A stretch of DNA of 42,075 nucleotides from Candidatus Methylomirabilota bacterium. Lineage in GTDB: Bacteria > Methylomirabilota > Methylomirabilia > Methylomirabilales > JACPAU01. The stretch covers positions 1 through 42,075 of the forward strand of contig JAKEHP010000254.1 in the NCBI GenBank assembly GCA_022614955.1. Direction: 5' to 3'. Below, piece by piece: positions 1 to 8,320 of this stretch. The notes below the pieces were generated by a model. It searched no databases. It was not told the origin of the DNA and worked only from the letters and a program-made list of their open reading frames with translations. Numbering within the stretch: position 1 is the first letter of the stretch; the number at the start of each line of letters is the position of its first letter. A program made the position numbers and the translations under genes.

Positions 1-186
1 GACCGCGGCCTGGGGCTCTTCATGGTGGCGAAGATCGTGGGGGAGTACCGGGGGAGCCTGCACCTCCGCTCGGGCGACGCCCGGCTGTATCTGCGCCACC
101 GGGCCCGCCGCCTCGCCGCCGGCCCGTTTCCGGGCACCCAGCTGGCGATCAGCCTGTCCGCCCGGGGCGCGCAAAAAAGGGCTTGA
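1..186 (+). CDS. 3' end of GHKL (HATPase_c) ATPase / anti-sigma-type kinase, truncated by window start
   Basis: Frame +1 reads DRGLGLFMVAKIVGEYRGSLHLRSGDARL...GPFPGTQLAISL...RA* (G2 box GLGL and the terminal FPGT strand); TGA at 184-186. Not in the ORF track because it lacks a start. Confidence 0.8.
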   Translation, partial: DRGLGLFMVAKIVGEYRGSLHLRSGDARLYLRHRARRLAAGPFPGTQLAISLSARGAQKRA

Positions 187-212
187 CAACCAGGGTGTGT
201 TTATCCTATTTA
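183..212 (+). promoter_or_regulatory. Putative sigma70 promoter for the STAS-wHTH gene
   Basis: Perfect TTGACA at 183-188; AT-rich -10 candidate (TATTTA 207-212) just upstream of ATG 219/222. Confidence 0.4.
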
Positions 213-218
213 GTGAAC

Positions 219-803
219 ATGATGAAATCACCGCTGATGGCCGGGCTGAAACGGCAGAAGCCCCACGAGGTTAGGGGCAAGACGGACGTGCTCAATGGCC
301 GGCGCGAGGGGCGCGCGCTGGCGGACCGGCTGCTGGCGCACCTGGCGGCCATCGAGCCGGACAGTATCCTCCCGCTGGATTTCGGGCAGGTGCGCTTCAT
401 GGACTTCTCCTGCGCCGACGAGCTGCTGACGCGCGTCCTCCGGCGCATCAGGAGCGGTGAACTCGGGACGCGGTTCATCCTCCTCCAGGACCTCGCGCCG
501 AGCGTGGAGGAGAACCTCGCCGCGGTCTTCCAGATTCGCGACCTGGTGTGCCCGAAGCGGACCAAGGGGGGCAAGATCGAGCTGCTGGGCAAGATCGGCC
601 CGGAGTTGGCGGAGACCTACCAGCTCGCGGTCCGAAAAGGCAGAATTACCGCGCGCGACGTGATGGCGATCGCCCCGGACGTGGGGATCAGCGCCATCAG
701 TAACCGGCTCGCGAAGCTCCAAACGCTGGGGCTGTTGGTGCGAACACAGGAGGGAGCGCCGGGAACCGGGGGGCGGCAGTTTGTCTACCAGGCCGTCTGC
801 TGA
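219..803 (+). CDS. STAS-like domain (DUF4325-type) fused to C-terminal winged HTH; putative phosphorylation-controlled transcriptional regulator
   Basis: LDFGQVRFMDFSCADELL resembles the SpoIIAA/STAS phospho-Ser motif; C-terminal ITARDV...ISAISNRLAKLQTLGLLVR...GGRQFVY is a wHTH. Start could be ATG 219 or 222. Confidence 0.75.
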   Translation: MMKSPLMAGLKRQKPHEVRGKTDVLNGRREGRALADRLLAHLAAIEPDSILPLDFGQVRFMDFSCADELLTRVLRRIRSGELGTRFILLQDLAPSVEENLAAVFQIRDLVCPKRTKGGKIELLGKIGPELAETYQLAVRKGRITARDVMAIAPDVGISAISNRLAKLQTLGLLVRTQEGAPGTGGRQFVYQAVC

Positions 804-861
804 TTTTTTTTTGCGTGGCAATTCATCGCGTTCAGTGAATCATGTAAAGATTGAAACGTCG

Positions 862-1135
862 ATCGCCGCCATGGCCGAGTTCGAGCGCGAGCTTCATCCG
901 GGAGCAAATCCAGGCCGGCTTGCGCCCGGGCCGGGCCCAGGGGAAGTGCCTCGGACGGCCCGCCGAGATCTACCACCGCGACCGCGTTCTCCCCCTCCGG
1001 GAGGCTGGCCGGAGCCTCCGGGCCATCGCCCGGGAGCTCGGGGTCTCGCGGTGGGCCGTCCAGGCGAGGGCGCAAAATCATCCTGCTGACTTCCGGACCA
1101 TGGAGGCCATATTCCAGGGCCCACTGCGAGGCTGA
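862..1135 (+). pseudogene. Serine recombinase (resolvase/invertase) C-terminal remnant, frameshifted and 5'-truncated
   Basis: IAAMAEFEREL in one frame continues after a 1-nt shift near 893 as IREQIQAGL..GRAQGKCLGRP...REAGRSLRAIARELGVSR (helix E plus HTH). The catalytic N-terminal domain is absent. Confidence 0.8.
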
Positions 1136-1167
1136 AGGGGAGCGCGGGAATCACCTGATTTCGCGCC

Positions 1168-1350
1168 ATGAAGCTGGGAAAGGTGACCAACGCGGCCATG
1201 CTTACCGCCCGCCTGGGTGTGGACCTGCTGCAGGCCATGGTGCTGATCGTCCAGGACGTTCGAACCCTCCGTGAGCCCCCCCTCGCCGGCGGTGGAGAGC
1301 GGTCCCGGAACCGTGAGCGCACGGGCAGTACCGCAGGAGGCCGGCGGTGA
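1168..1350 (+). CDS. Small hypothetical protein of the element
   Basis: 60-aa ORF whose stop overlaps the GTG start of the next gene (GTGA). Confidence 0.4.
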   Translation: MKLGKVTNAAMLTARLGVDLLQAMVLIVQDVRTLREPPLAGGGERSRNRERTGSTAGGRR

Positions 1351-1625
1351 GGCGACTGCCGAGGAAGCAGAAGGGGCAAGCGAGCGGCCCCCGCCGGCTC
1401 GATGGTACGGTCCTGGACGTAGCCGCCGCGGCTGAGCTCCTCGGGGTGACGGAGAAGCTAGTCCGGGCCCGGGCGGCGCGGGGTCTGCTGCCCTGGCGGC
1501 GCTGGGGCGGCCGCGTCCTCTTCCTCCGCGAGGAGCTGCTGGCCTTCATGGGGGCGCTTCCTGGCGTGAGCGTTCAGCAAGCACTTGAAAACGTGGGCGC
1601 CCGGGCGGTAGAGCAGGACCTGTGA
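1347..1625 (+). CDS. Excisionase-like HTH (HTH_17/MerR-like) DNA-binding protein
   Basis: VLDVAAAAELLGVTEKLVRARAARGLLPWRRWGGRVLFLREELLAFM is a typical Xis-like HTH_17 pattern. Confidence 0.8.
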   Translation: MRRLPRKQKGQASGPRRLDGTVLDVAAAAELLGVTEKLVRARAARGLLPWRRWGGRVLFLREELLAFMGALPGVSVQQALENVGARAVEQDL

Positions 1626-1707
1626 AGGGAGGTTGCTTGAGACATGAGGGCTTCCGGTATCCTGGGCACCTGGCTCCCGGTAGTGGCTGGGACGCCGGCA
1701 GAAGACA

Positions 1708-1884
1708 TTGGACGCGCCTCCTTTGGGGGAGTTCGCCTACCTCAAGCGCCAGGTCGCGACCTTCCCGCGGCAGCGGGAGGCGCTCGTCCGGCTGCTCGAG
1801 ACGACGCCGGATCCACTCGGGGCGCTCGAGGCGGTGGTCGGCGCCGGGCGGCGGCGCGGCCCGGCGGACGGGACGAGCCCCTGA
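1708..1884 (+). CDS. Possible small or degenerate hypothetical ORF (..GEFAYLKRQVATFPRQREALVRLLETTPDPLGALEAVV..)
   Basis: This frame has protein-like composition and GC3-rich codons, unlike the two overlapping ORFs in the track; only a TTG start. Confidence 0.3.
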   Translation: MDAPPLGEFAYLKRQVATFPRQREALVRLLETTPDPLGALEAVVGAGRRRGPADGTSP

Positions 1885-2017
1885 AGCCCCCGACGACACG
1901 ACTGTTCGCGGTTGACAAGGTGAGAGAAGGGGCTGCCCGAAAAAAATGGCTCACCACGTTGCCCCAGGTTGCGAGATCTCCCGCCGGGCCAGGCCGGAGC
2001 CCGGGGGAAAATGGCGC

Positions 2018-2046
2018 TTGACAGCGTCGTAGCCCCCGGTTACAAG
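2018..2046 (+). promoter_or_regulatory. Sigma70 promoter with an overlapping imperfect palindrome (probable Xre operator); likely leaderless transcript
   Basis: TTGACA(2018)-17 bp-TACAAG(2041); GTAGCC-ccc-GGTTAC inverted repeat in the spacer/-10; ATG 7 nt after the -10 with no SD. Confidence 0.55.
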
Positions 2047-2053
2047 TTGGGGC

Positions 2054-2278
2054 ATGACCCCCGCCGCCCTGAGGCGCATCCGACGGGACCTCGGCCTCAC
2101 CCAGGAGCAGCTGGCGAAGGAGCTCGGGGTGGATCGCGTCAGCGTGGCGAGGTGGGAGACGGCGGCGCGCCCGATCAGCGAGCCGGTCGCCCGCCTCGTG
2201 CGGCGGATCGCGGCCGAGGCCCGGGGGAAGGCGAAGCGGAAGGGGGAACGTCCGAGCCGGGGTAGCCGTGACAGCTGA
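2054..2278 (+). CDS. Xre/Cro-C1 family HTH regulator
   Basis: LRRIRRDLGLTQEQLAKELGVDRVSVARWET HTH_3 signature. Confidence 0.9.
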   Translation: MTPAALRRIRRDLGLTQEQLAKELGVDRVSVARWETAARPISEPVARLVRRIAAEARGKAKRKGERPSRGSRDS

Positions 2279-2344
2279 CGGCTCGCCGGGATTTTGCCCT
2301 CTTCGATTAGGGCGCGAAGGCCACCTAGGGCAAGGGAGGAGCGC

Positions 2345-3457
2345 ATGGCACGACGCGGCGACGGCATCTACCTGCGGCGGCGGACCTGGTGGCTCGACTT
2401 CATGCACCAGGGCAAGCGCCACTACATCCGCCTCGGGAAGAACATCAACCGCACGGCGGCCGGGGAGCTGGCGCGGGTCCAGCGGGCCGCGATCCTGAAG
2501 GGCGAGGCCGGCATCGGCCGGAAGCGGAGGGACCTCCCCTTCGAGAAGGCGAAGGAGGAGTTCCTCGCGTGGGCCGAGGCCAACAAGCGGCCCAAGACGA
2601 TGCAGGGCTATCGCCAGTGCCTGAAGCCGCTGGCGCAGGCCTTTGCCGGGAAGCGCCTCGGGGAGCTCCATCCGTTCGCGATCGAGCGGTACCGGCGCGG
2701 GCGGGTCGAGGCCGGGGCCCCGATCGCCTCCAACCGCGAGCTCGCGGTCCTCAAAGCCCTTTTCAACCGCTGCCTGGAGTGGGGGAAGTACGAGGGGGAG
2801 AACCCGGTCCGGCGGGTGAAGCTCCGGAAGGAGCCCCGGCGCCGCCTCCGCTACCTCGAGCCCGAGGAGGAGGCCGCGCTCCTCGCGGCGGCGGCCGAGC
2901 CGCTGCGGACCATGATCCTGGTCGGGATCCACGCGGGCCTCCGGCTCCGGAGCGAGGCCCTGACCCTCCGGTGGGCCGACGTGGATCTGCGGCGGCGCCT
3001 CCTCACGGTGCAGGCGGCCTACGCGAAGTCGGGGCAGACCCGGAGCGTCAACCTCAACGCCCCCTTGCGCGACGCGCTCGGGCGGCTTAGGATGCAGGAC
3101 GGGGCCGGGGAGTTCGTGTTCAGCCGGCGGGACGGGAGCCCCTACCGCTCGGTCCGGACGGCCTTCGCCACAGCCTGTCGGCGGGCGGGCCTGAAGGAGG
3201 TCACGCCGCACGTCCTCCGGCACACCTTCGCGTCGAGGCTGGCGATGGCCGGGGTGGACCTCCGGACGCTCCAGGAGCTCGGGGGCTGGACGGAGCTGGA
3301 GATGGTCCAGCGGTACGCGCACCTGAGCCCGAGCCACAAGGCGGAGGCGGTCGAGCGGATCGCCCGGGCGAATTCCCCGACGCTTTTCACGACACCCCTT
3401 CCGGGGGTCGCGCTAAGTCCGCGAAAAGCCGGCGTAGCTCAGTGGCAGAGCAGCTGA
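2345..3457 (+). CDS. Tyrosine recombinase / phage-type integrase
   Basis: SD GGAGGAG before ATG 2345; arm-binding N-terminus (GIYLRRRTWWLDF); catalytic R (GLRLRSE), K (AKSG), HVLRH, GGW, QRYAH; stop lies inside the tRNA. Confidence 0.95.
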   Translation: MARRGDGIYLRRRTWWLDFMHQGKRHYIRLGKNINRTAAGELARVQRAAILKGEAGIGRKRRDLPFEKAKEEFLAWAEANKRPKTMQGYRQCLKPLAQAFAGKRLGELHPFAIERYRRGRVEAGAPIASNRELAVLKALFNRCLEWGKYEGENPVRRVKLRKEPRRRLRYLEPEEEAALLAAAAEPLRTMILVGIHAGLRLRSEALTLRWADVDLRRRLLTVQAAYAKSGQTRSVNLNAPLRDALGRLRMQDGAGEFVFSRRDGSPYRSVRTAFATACRRAGLKEVTPHVLRHTFASRLAMAGVDLRTLQELGGWTELEMVQRYAHLSPSHKAEAVERIARANSPTLFTTPLPGVALSPRKAGVAQWQSS

Positions 3458-3502
3458 TTCGTAATCAGCAGGTCGCTGGTTCAACTCCAGTCGCCGGCTC
3501 CA
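3428..3502 (+). tRNA. tRNA-Thr(CGT)
   Basis: GCCGGCG acceptor stem, TAGCTCAGTGGCAGAGC D arm, GCTGA-TTCGTAA-TCAGC anticodon arm, GGTTCAACTCC T arm, encoded CCA. Confidence 0.97.
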
Positions 3503-3628
3503 CTAGCGCCCACCTCTGGCCTTGACAACCGGTGAGATTGCCTGGCATTGTACCCTCGGCACGCAGCGGAACGGGAGGCAATGCCTCCTGTTTCTGTTTC
3601 TAGCATCGGGTAGCGGGAAGGGAAGGCC

Positions 3629-4072
3629 ATGAGGCAGGGGAGGTCCAGGGTCTGCTGGCAAGGGGGGCTGGCCACCGGCCTGCTTCTCCTCGCGGCGACC
3701 TTCACGGGCGCCGAGCCCCCGAAGGCGCCGCCGAGTAAGCCGCCCGCTCTCAAACCGCCCGCGGGCGACGCTGCCGAGAAGGCCCAGGCCCACTACGAGC
3801 TGGGGGTCCTGTACCACGACCGCCTCTTCGAGCACCTGGACAAGGCCATCGAGGAGTACCAGGCGGCGCTCAAGCTGAAGCCGGACCTTGCCGAGGCCCA
3901 CTACCACCTGGGCCTTGCCTACCATACCAAGGCGAAGCTCACCACGGAGGACAAGGCGCTCTACCGGAAGGCGCTGGAGGAGTACCGGCTGTACCTGAAG
4001 CACAAGCCGAACGGGGAGTTGGCCAAGAGCGCCCAGACCAACATTAAGGCCCTGGAAGCCCGCCTCCGCTAG
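3629..4072 (+). CDS. Exported tetratricopeptide-repeat protein
   Basis: N-terminal hydrophobic signal; AQAHYELGVLY...AIEEYQAALKLKPDLAEAHYHLGLAY TPR motifs. Confidence 0.85.
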   Translation: MRQGRSRVCWQGGLATGLLLLAATFTGAEPPKAPPSKPPALKPPAGDAAEKAQAHYELGVLYHDRLFEHLDKAIEEYQAALKLKPDLAEAHYHLGLAYHTKAKLTTEDKALYRKALEEYRLYLKHKPNGELAKSAQTNIKALEARLR

Positions 4073-4098
4073 CGCCCGCCCTGTTGCGCCCCGCAGCC

Positions 4099-4830
4099 AT
4101 GCCTGCGCCTGCCCCCCCCGACGCCGCGGCCCACACCGCCGCCATCCGGCGGATGTTCGCCGCCATCGCCCCGCGCTACGATTTCCTCAATCGGCTCCTC
4201 TCGTTCCGCCGCGATGTGGCGTGGCGGCGGGCGGCGGCCGCTGAGGCGGTCCTCCCCCCTCAGGGTGCGGCCCTGGATCTCTGTACGGGCACGGCAGACC
4301 TGGCGCTGGAGGTGGCCCGCCAGCACCCCGGGGCGCGGATGATCGTGGGGGTGGACCTGTGCGAGCCGATGCTGTGGCTGGGGCGCCGAAAGGTGGCGGG
4401 GCGGGAGCCCCGGGTGTGCCTGGCGGCGGGCGCGGCGGAGGCCCTCCCATTTGGCGCCAGGACCTTCGACGCGGTTCTGGTAGCCTTCGGCATACGGAAC
4501 GTGACCGACCGGGCGGCCACCCTGGCCGAGATGCGCCGGGTCCTGCGCCCCGGCGGGCGCGCCATCGTCCTCGAGTTCTTCCAGCCCCGGGGGACCCTTT
4601 TCGCGGCCCTCTACCGGTTCTATAGCCAGGCGCTCCTCCCCAGGATCGGGGGCTGGATCTCGGGCAATGCCGAGGCCTACGCCTACCTCCCGGCCTCGGT
4701 CGAGGCCTTCCCGGAGCCGGCCGCCTTCGCCGAGGCGCTGCGGGCGGCGGGGTTCGGCGGTGTGCGCTGGAGGGCCCTCACCGGCGGGATCGTCTGCATT
4801 CACGTCGGCGTGCTGGACAGGGGAAAGTGA
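4099..4830 (+). CDS. ubiE: Ubiquinone/menaquinone biosynthesis C-methyltransferase UbiE/MenG
   Basis: MFAAIAPRYDFLNRLLSF, LDLCTGTADLA, AFGIRNV, AYAYLPASV motifs. Confidence 0.92.
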   Translation: MPAPAPPDAAAHTAAIRRMFAAIAPRYDFLNRLLSFRRDVAWRRAAAAEAVLPPQGAALDLCTGTADLALEVARQHPGARMIVGVDLCEPMLWLGRRKVAGREPRVCLAAGAAEALPFGARTFDAVLVAFGIRNVTDRAATLAEMRRVLRPGGRAIVLEFFQPRGTLFAALYRFYSQALLPRIGGWISGNAEAYAYLPASVEAFPEPAAFAEALRAAGFGGVRWRALTGGIVCIHVGVLDRGK

Positions 4831-5690
4831 GAGTGGGGCCCCTGGCGCGCATCCGTCTCTTTCTGGAGATGATCAAGTTCTCCCACACCATCTTCGCCCT
4901 CCCCTTCGCCCTGATGGGGGCGATTCTGGCGGCGCGGGGGATCCCGGACGGGCGGACCCTCTTCTGGATCGTGGTGGCCATGGTCGGGGCCCGCAGCGGG
5001 GCCATGGGGATGAACCGGTTCGCCGACCGGGACCTGGATGCCCTCAACCCCCGAACCAAGGAGCGCGCCCTCCCCCGGGGCCTGATCCGTCCTGGGCAGG
5101 TCCTGGCCCTGGTCGGCGCCTCCTTCGCCCTGCTCCTGCTGGCTGCCTACAATCTCAATCCTCTCTGCCTCGCCCTGGCGCCGCTCGCCATCGTCATCCT
5201 GGCTGGCTACTCCTACACGAAGCGGTTCACCACCCTCTCCCACCTCATCCTGGGCCTCTGCCTGGCCTTCGCCCCCATGGGCGCGTGGATCGCGGTGGCT
5301 GGACGTCTGGAGCTGGCGCCGCTCCTGCTGGGGACGGCGGTCCTGTGCTGGGTGGCCGGGTTCGATATCCTGTATGCCCTGACCGACATTGCATTCGACC
5401 GGGCCCATGGCCTCTTCTCCATCCCGGCCCGCCTGGGCGAACGGGGCGGGCTCACCGTGAGCCTGCTGCTCCACGCCCTGACCCCCCTGTTGCTGGCGGT
5501 GGTCGGGTCCCTCCTCGGCCTGGGTGCCTGGTATTACGCTGGCGTCCTCTTCGTCCTGCTCCTCCTCGCCATGGAGCACGCCATCATCCGCCGCTACGGC
5601 GTCTCCCGCCTCGAGCTCGCCTTCTTCAACGTCAACGGGGTTCTCAGCGTCGGAATCTTCCTCTTCACGCTCGCGGATTTGCTCCGGTAG
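4827..5690 (+). CDS. ubiA: UbiA-family prenyltransferase (4-hydroxybenzoate polyprenyltransferase / MqnP-like)
   Basis: IKFSHTIFALPF, NRFADRDLDALNPRT, YSYTKRF, WVAGFDILYA; polytopic membrane protein. Confidence 0.9.
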   Translation: MRVGPLARIRLFLEMIKFSHTIFALPFALMGAILAARGIPDGRTLFWIVVAMVGARSGAMGMNRFADRDLDALNPRTKERALPRGLIRPGQVLALVGASFALLLLAAYNLNPLCLALAPLAIVILAGYSYTKRFTTLSHLILGLCLAFAPMGAWIAVAGRLELAPLLLGTAVLCWVAGFDILYALTDIAFDRAHGLFSIPARLGERGGLTVSLLLHALTPLLLAVVGSLLGLGAWYYAGVLFVLLLLAMEHAIIRRYGVSRLELAFFNVNGVLSVGIFLFTLADLLR

Positions 5691-5731
5691 ACCGCGGCGG
5701 ATCCGAGAGGACCGTCTGTAACTCGGGATCC

Positions 5732-6283
5732 TTACCGGGGAAAGTCGCGGGCGGCCACGATGCGCTGGATCTGGGAGAGGTGGCGCGCCTCGTGCCAGGC
5801 CTGCAGCTTCACCCAGCCGCCGAGGGTGAACCAGACGCCGGTCGCGGGGTCCGGGGCTCGCAACGCCTCCGGGTCGTCGCCCTGAAACGCGGCGAGTTCA
5901 CTGCGAAAGCGCGCATGCGCTTCCGCCAGCTCCCGTTCCAGGGTCTCCCGGTTGCGGACCGGGCCCGGCACCAGGGCGGGCGGCGCCTCAAGAGCGCCGA
6001 AGGGATAGCGATCGAGGGCGGCGGTGTAAGAGATTGCGCCCGCCGGGAGGTGCTGAGCGTGGAAATCGCCCCGGATCAACTTGCGCGCCATCTTGCTCGA
6101 TCCGATCTCGGCGCGGAGGAGGTGCTCGACCTGCTCACCGATGCACCACGCGTGGGCTGCGGGCCGGAAGACCCACCGCGCGGCCGTGAGTGGCCGGATG
6201 GTCTCGAGGAGCGTGGCTCGCACCTGCTCCGCTAAGTCCCACGCTGTCCGGAGCACAGGGTGGAGGTCACCAGGCCTTTGCAA
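5732..6283 (-). CDS. DinB/YfiT-family protein
   Basis: WCIGEQVEHL...HEARHLSQI His pattern of the DinB superfamily; start uncertain (TTG 6283). Confidence 0.8.
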   Translation of the reverse strand: MQRPGDLHPVLRTAWDLAEQVRATLLETIRPLTAARWVFRPAAHAWCIGEQVEHLLRAEIGSSKMARKLIRGDFHAQHLPAGAISYTAALDRYPFGALEAPPALVPGPVRNRETLERELAEAHARFRSELAAFQGDDPEALRAPDPATGVWFTLGGWVKLQAWHEARHLSQIQRIVAARDFPR

Positions 6284-6293
6284 AGGCCATCCC

Positions 6294-8258
6294 CTATTTC
6301 ACGGGAGACCCCGGCGGCACCTCCTGGTCCGGCTGCAGCAGGACCACGCGGCCGTCGGGGGCTTCGGCGGCCAGGACCATCCCCTGGGAGGTAACGCCCA
6401 TGAGGGTGGCCGGCTTCAGGTTGGCGACGAGGATGACCTGCCGCCCGACCAGCGCCTCCGGGGCGTACTCCTGGAGGATTCCCGCCACCACCGTCCGCTC
6501 CTCCCCTCCGACATCTACACGCAGGCTGATCAGTTTCTTGGAGCGGGGCACGGCCTCCGCCGCCACGACGGTCGCCACACGTAGATCCAGGCGGCCGAAC
6601 TCCTCGGCACTGAGCAACGGCGGCTCGGCGGGGCGGTCCGAAGGTGTCCCGCGCTGGCGGCTGGTCTCCCCACCGGCCCGGCCCTGGGCGGCTGCCACCT
6701 TGGCCCGGACGCCAGCCGTCTCGACCCGGGGGAAGAGCGCCTCCCCCTTCTGCACGCGACCGGTGGAGACCGGCGCCCCCCACCTTCCCTCGGTCGGGAG
6801 CCGAGCCTCCTGGATCGGGAGCGTGATCCCCAGTTGCCGCCAGATGGCGGCGCCGGTCTCGGGCATGGCCGGGGAGAGGAGCAGGGCCGCCTGTCGGATC
6901 GCCTCCCAGAGATGGTAGAGGACCCGCTCCAGGTCCGCCGGCCGGGCCTTCACCAGATCCCAGGGCTTTACGCTGTCAATGTACCGGTTCGCGAGACTGA
7001 CGATCTCCCAGATGGCCTCCAGGGCCCGGTGCCAGGCGAAGGTCTCCACCGCGCTCCGGGCGGCGGCCTTCGCCGCCTCCACCGTCCGCGGGAGCTCCGA
7101 GTCCAGCCCCGCTGTGGGCGGGGAGAGCTTGGGGATGCGGCCTTGCAGGTACCGCTCCAGCATGGTGCAGGTCCGGCTGACCAGATTCCCCAGGTCGTTG
7201 GCCAGGTCGGCGTTCAGGCGCGCGACCAGCGCCTCCTCGCTGAACGTCGCGTCCAGGCCAAAGACCATCTCCCGCAGCAGGAAGTACCGAAACGCGTCGT
7301 AGCCGTACTGATCCACCAGGTCCAGGGGCCGGACCACCGTCCCGCGGCTCTTGGACATCTTGCCGGTCTCTACGGTCCAGTAGCCGTGGACATTCAGGTG
7401 GCGGTAGACCGGGATGCCGGCGGCCCAGAGCATGGTGGGCCAGTAGATGCCGTGGGGCTTCAAGATGTCCTTGCCGATGAGGTGCTGGGCGATCGGCTCC
7501 TGCTCGGTTCCCCAGAACTTGGCATAGAGGTCGCCGTCCGGGTAGCCCAGGGCGCTCGCGTAGTTGATGAGGGCGTCGAACCAGACATAGGTGACGTACC
7601 GGTCGTCGAAGGGGAGCGGGATCCCCCACTGCAGGCGGGCCTTGGGGCGGGAGATGCAGAGGTCCTCAAGGGGATCCTTCAAGAAGGCCAGGACCTCGTT
7701 CCGGTAGCGCTCCGGCCGGATGAAGTCCGGGTGGGCCGCCAGGTGCCGCAGGAGCCGCTCCTGGTACTTGCTCATCCGGAAGAAGTAGTTCTGCTCCTTG
7801 ATGTAGGTGGGTACGGTCAGATGGTCGGGACACTTCCCGTCCACCAGCTCCCGCTCCGTGTAGAACCGCTCGCACCCGAAGCAGTACTGGCCGCCGTACT
7901 CGCCGAAGTAGATGTCCCCGGTCTCGTGGATCTTCTGGAGGATGCGCTGGACCACCTTCCGGTGGAGGGGGGCCGTGGTCCGGATGAACTGGTCGTGGGT
8001 GATTGTCAGCCGGCGCCAGGTCTCCTGGAAGACGCCACTGATCCGGTCGGTGTAGGCCTGCGGACTCTCGCCGGCCGCCGCGGCCGCCTGGGCAACCTTG
8101 TCGCCGTGCTCGTCGGTCCCTGTGAGGAAGTAAACCGCGTCCCCGAAGAGGCGACGGAAGCGGGCCGTGGCGTCGGCCAGGATGGTGGTGTAGGCGTGCC
8201 CCAGGTGGGGGGTGGCATTGACGTAATAGATGGGTGTGGTGATGTAGAAGCGGGTCAT
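6294..8258 (-). CDS. metG: Methionine--tRNA ligase with C-terminal tRNA-binding OB domain
   Basis: FYITTPIYYVNATPHLGH (HIGH), KMSKS, C-terminal DLRVA...SQGMVL; true start ATG 8258 (the track ORF over-extends). Confidence 0.97.
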   Translation of the reverse strand: MTRFYITTPIYYVNATPHLGHAYTTILADATARFRRLFGDAVYFLTGTDEHGDKVAQAAAAAGESPQAYTDRISGVFQETWRRLTITHDQFIRTTAPLHRKVVQRILQKIHETGDIYFGEYGGQYCFGCERFYTERELVDGKCPDHLTVPTYIKEQNYFFRMSKYQERLLRHLAAHPDFIRPERYRNEVLAFLKDPLEDLCISRPKARLQWGIPLPFDDRYVTYVWFDALINYASALGYPDGDLYAKFWGTEQEPIAQHLIGKDILKPHGIYWPTMLWAAGIPVYRHLNVHGYWTVETGKMSKSRGTVVRPLDLVDQYGYDAFRYFLLREMVFGLDATFSEEALVARLNADLANDLGNLVSRTCTMLERYLQGRIPKLSPPTAGLDSELPRTVEAAKAAARSAVETFAWHRALEAIWEIVSLANRYIDSVKPWDLVKARPADLERVLYHLWEAIRQAALLLSPAMPETGAAIWRQLGITLPIQEARLPTEGRWGAPVSTGRVQKGEALFPRVETAGVRAKVAAAQGRAGGETSRQRGTPSDRPAEPPLLSAEEFGRLDLRVATVVAAEAVPRSKKLISLRVDVGGEERTVVAGILQEYAPEALVGRQVILVANLKPATLMGVTSQGMVLAAEAPDGRVVLLQPDQEVPPGSPVK

Positions 8259-8320
8259 CCCCGTCCCCTGCCCGGAAAAAAATCCGGGCGAACGGCTGCC
8301 CCGCCCGCCCGGCCCCACCG

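Larger units (their letters stand above)
862..3457 (+). mobile_element. Small or degenerate integrative element next to the 5' end of tRNA-Thr; left boundary uncertain and possibly outside the window
   Basis: Cluster of resolvase remnant, excisionase-like HTH, Xre repressor and intact tyrosine integrase directly abutting a tRNA; no duplicated tRNA fragment seen in the window. Confidence 0.65.

Noticed and set aside
795-815. STAS-wHTH gene ends in Cys-TGA (possible C-U motif)
   Set aside because: Followed by a T9 run with no SECIS-like hairpin, and the wHTH domain is already complete.
182-3530. 10-bp direct repeat CTTGACAACC at 182 and 3521 as possible att sites
   Set aside because: The same 10-mer occurs on the minus strand near 35893-35902 upstream of moeA; it is explained by sigma70 -35 boxes.
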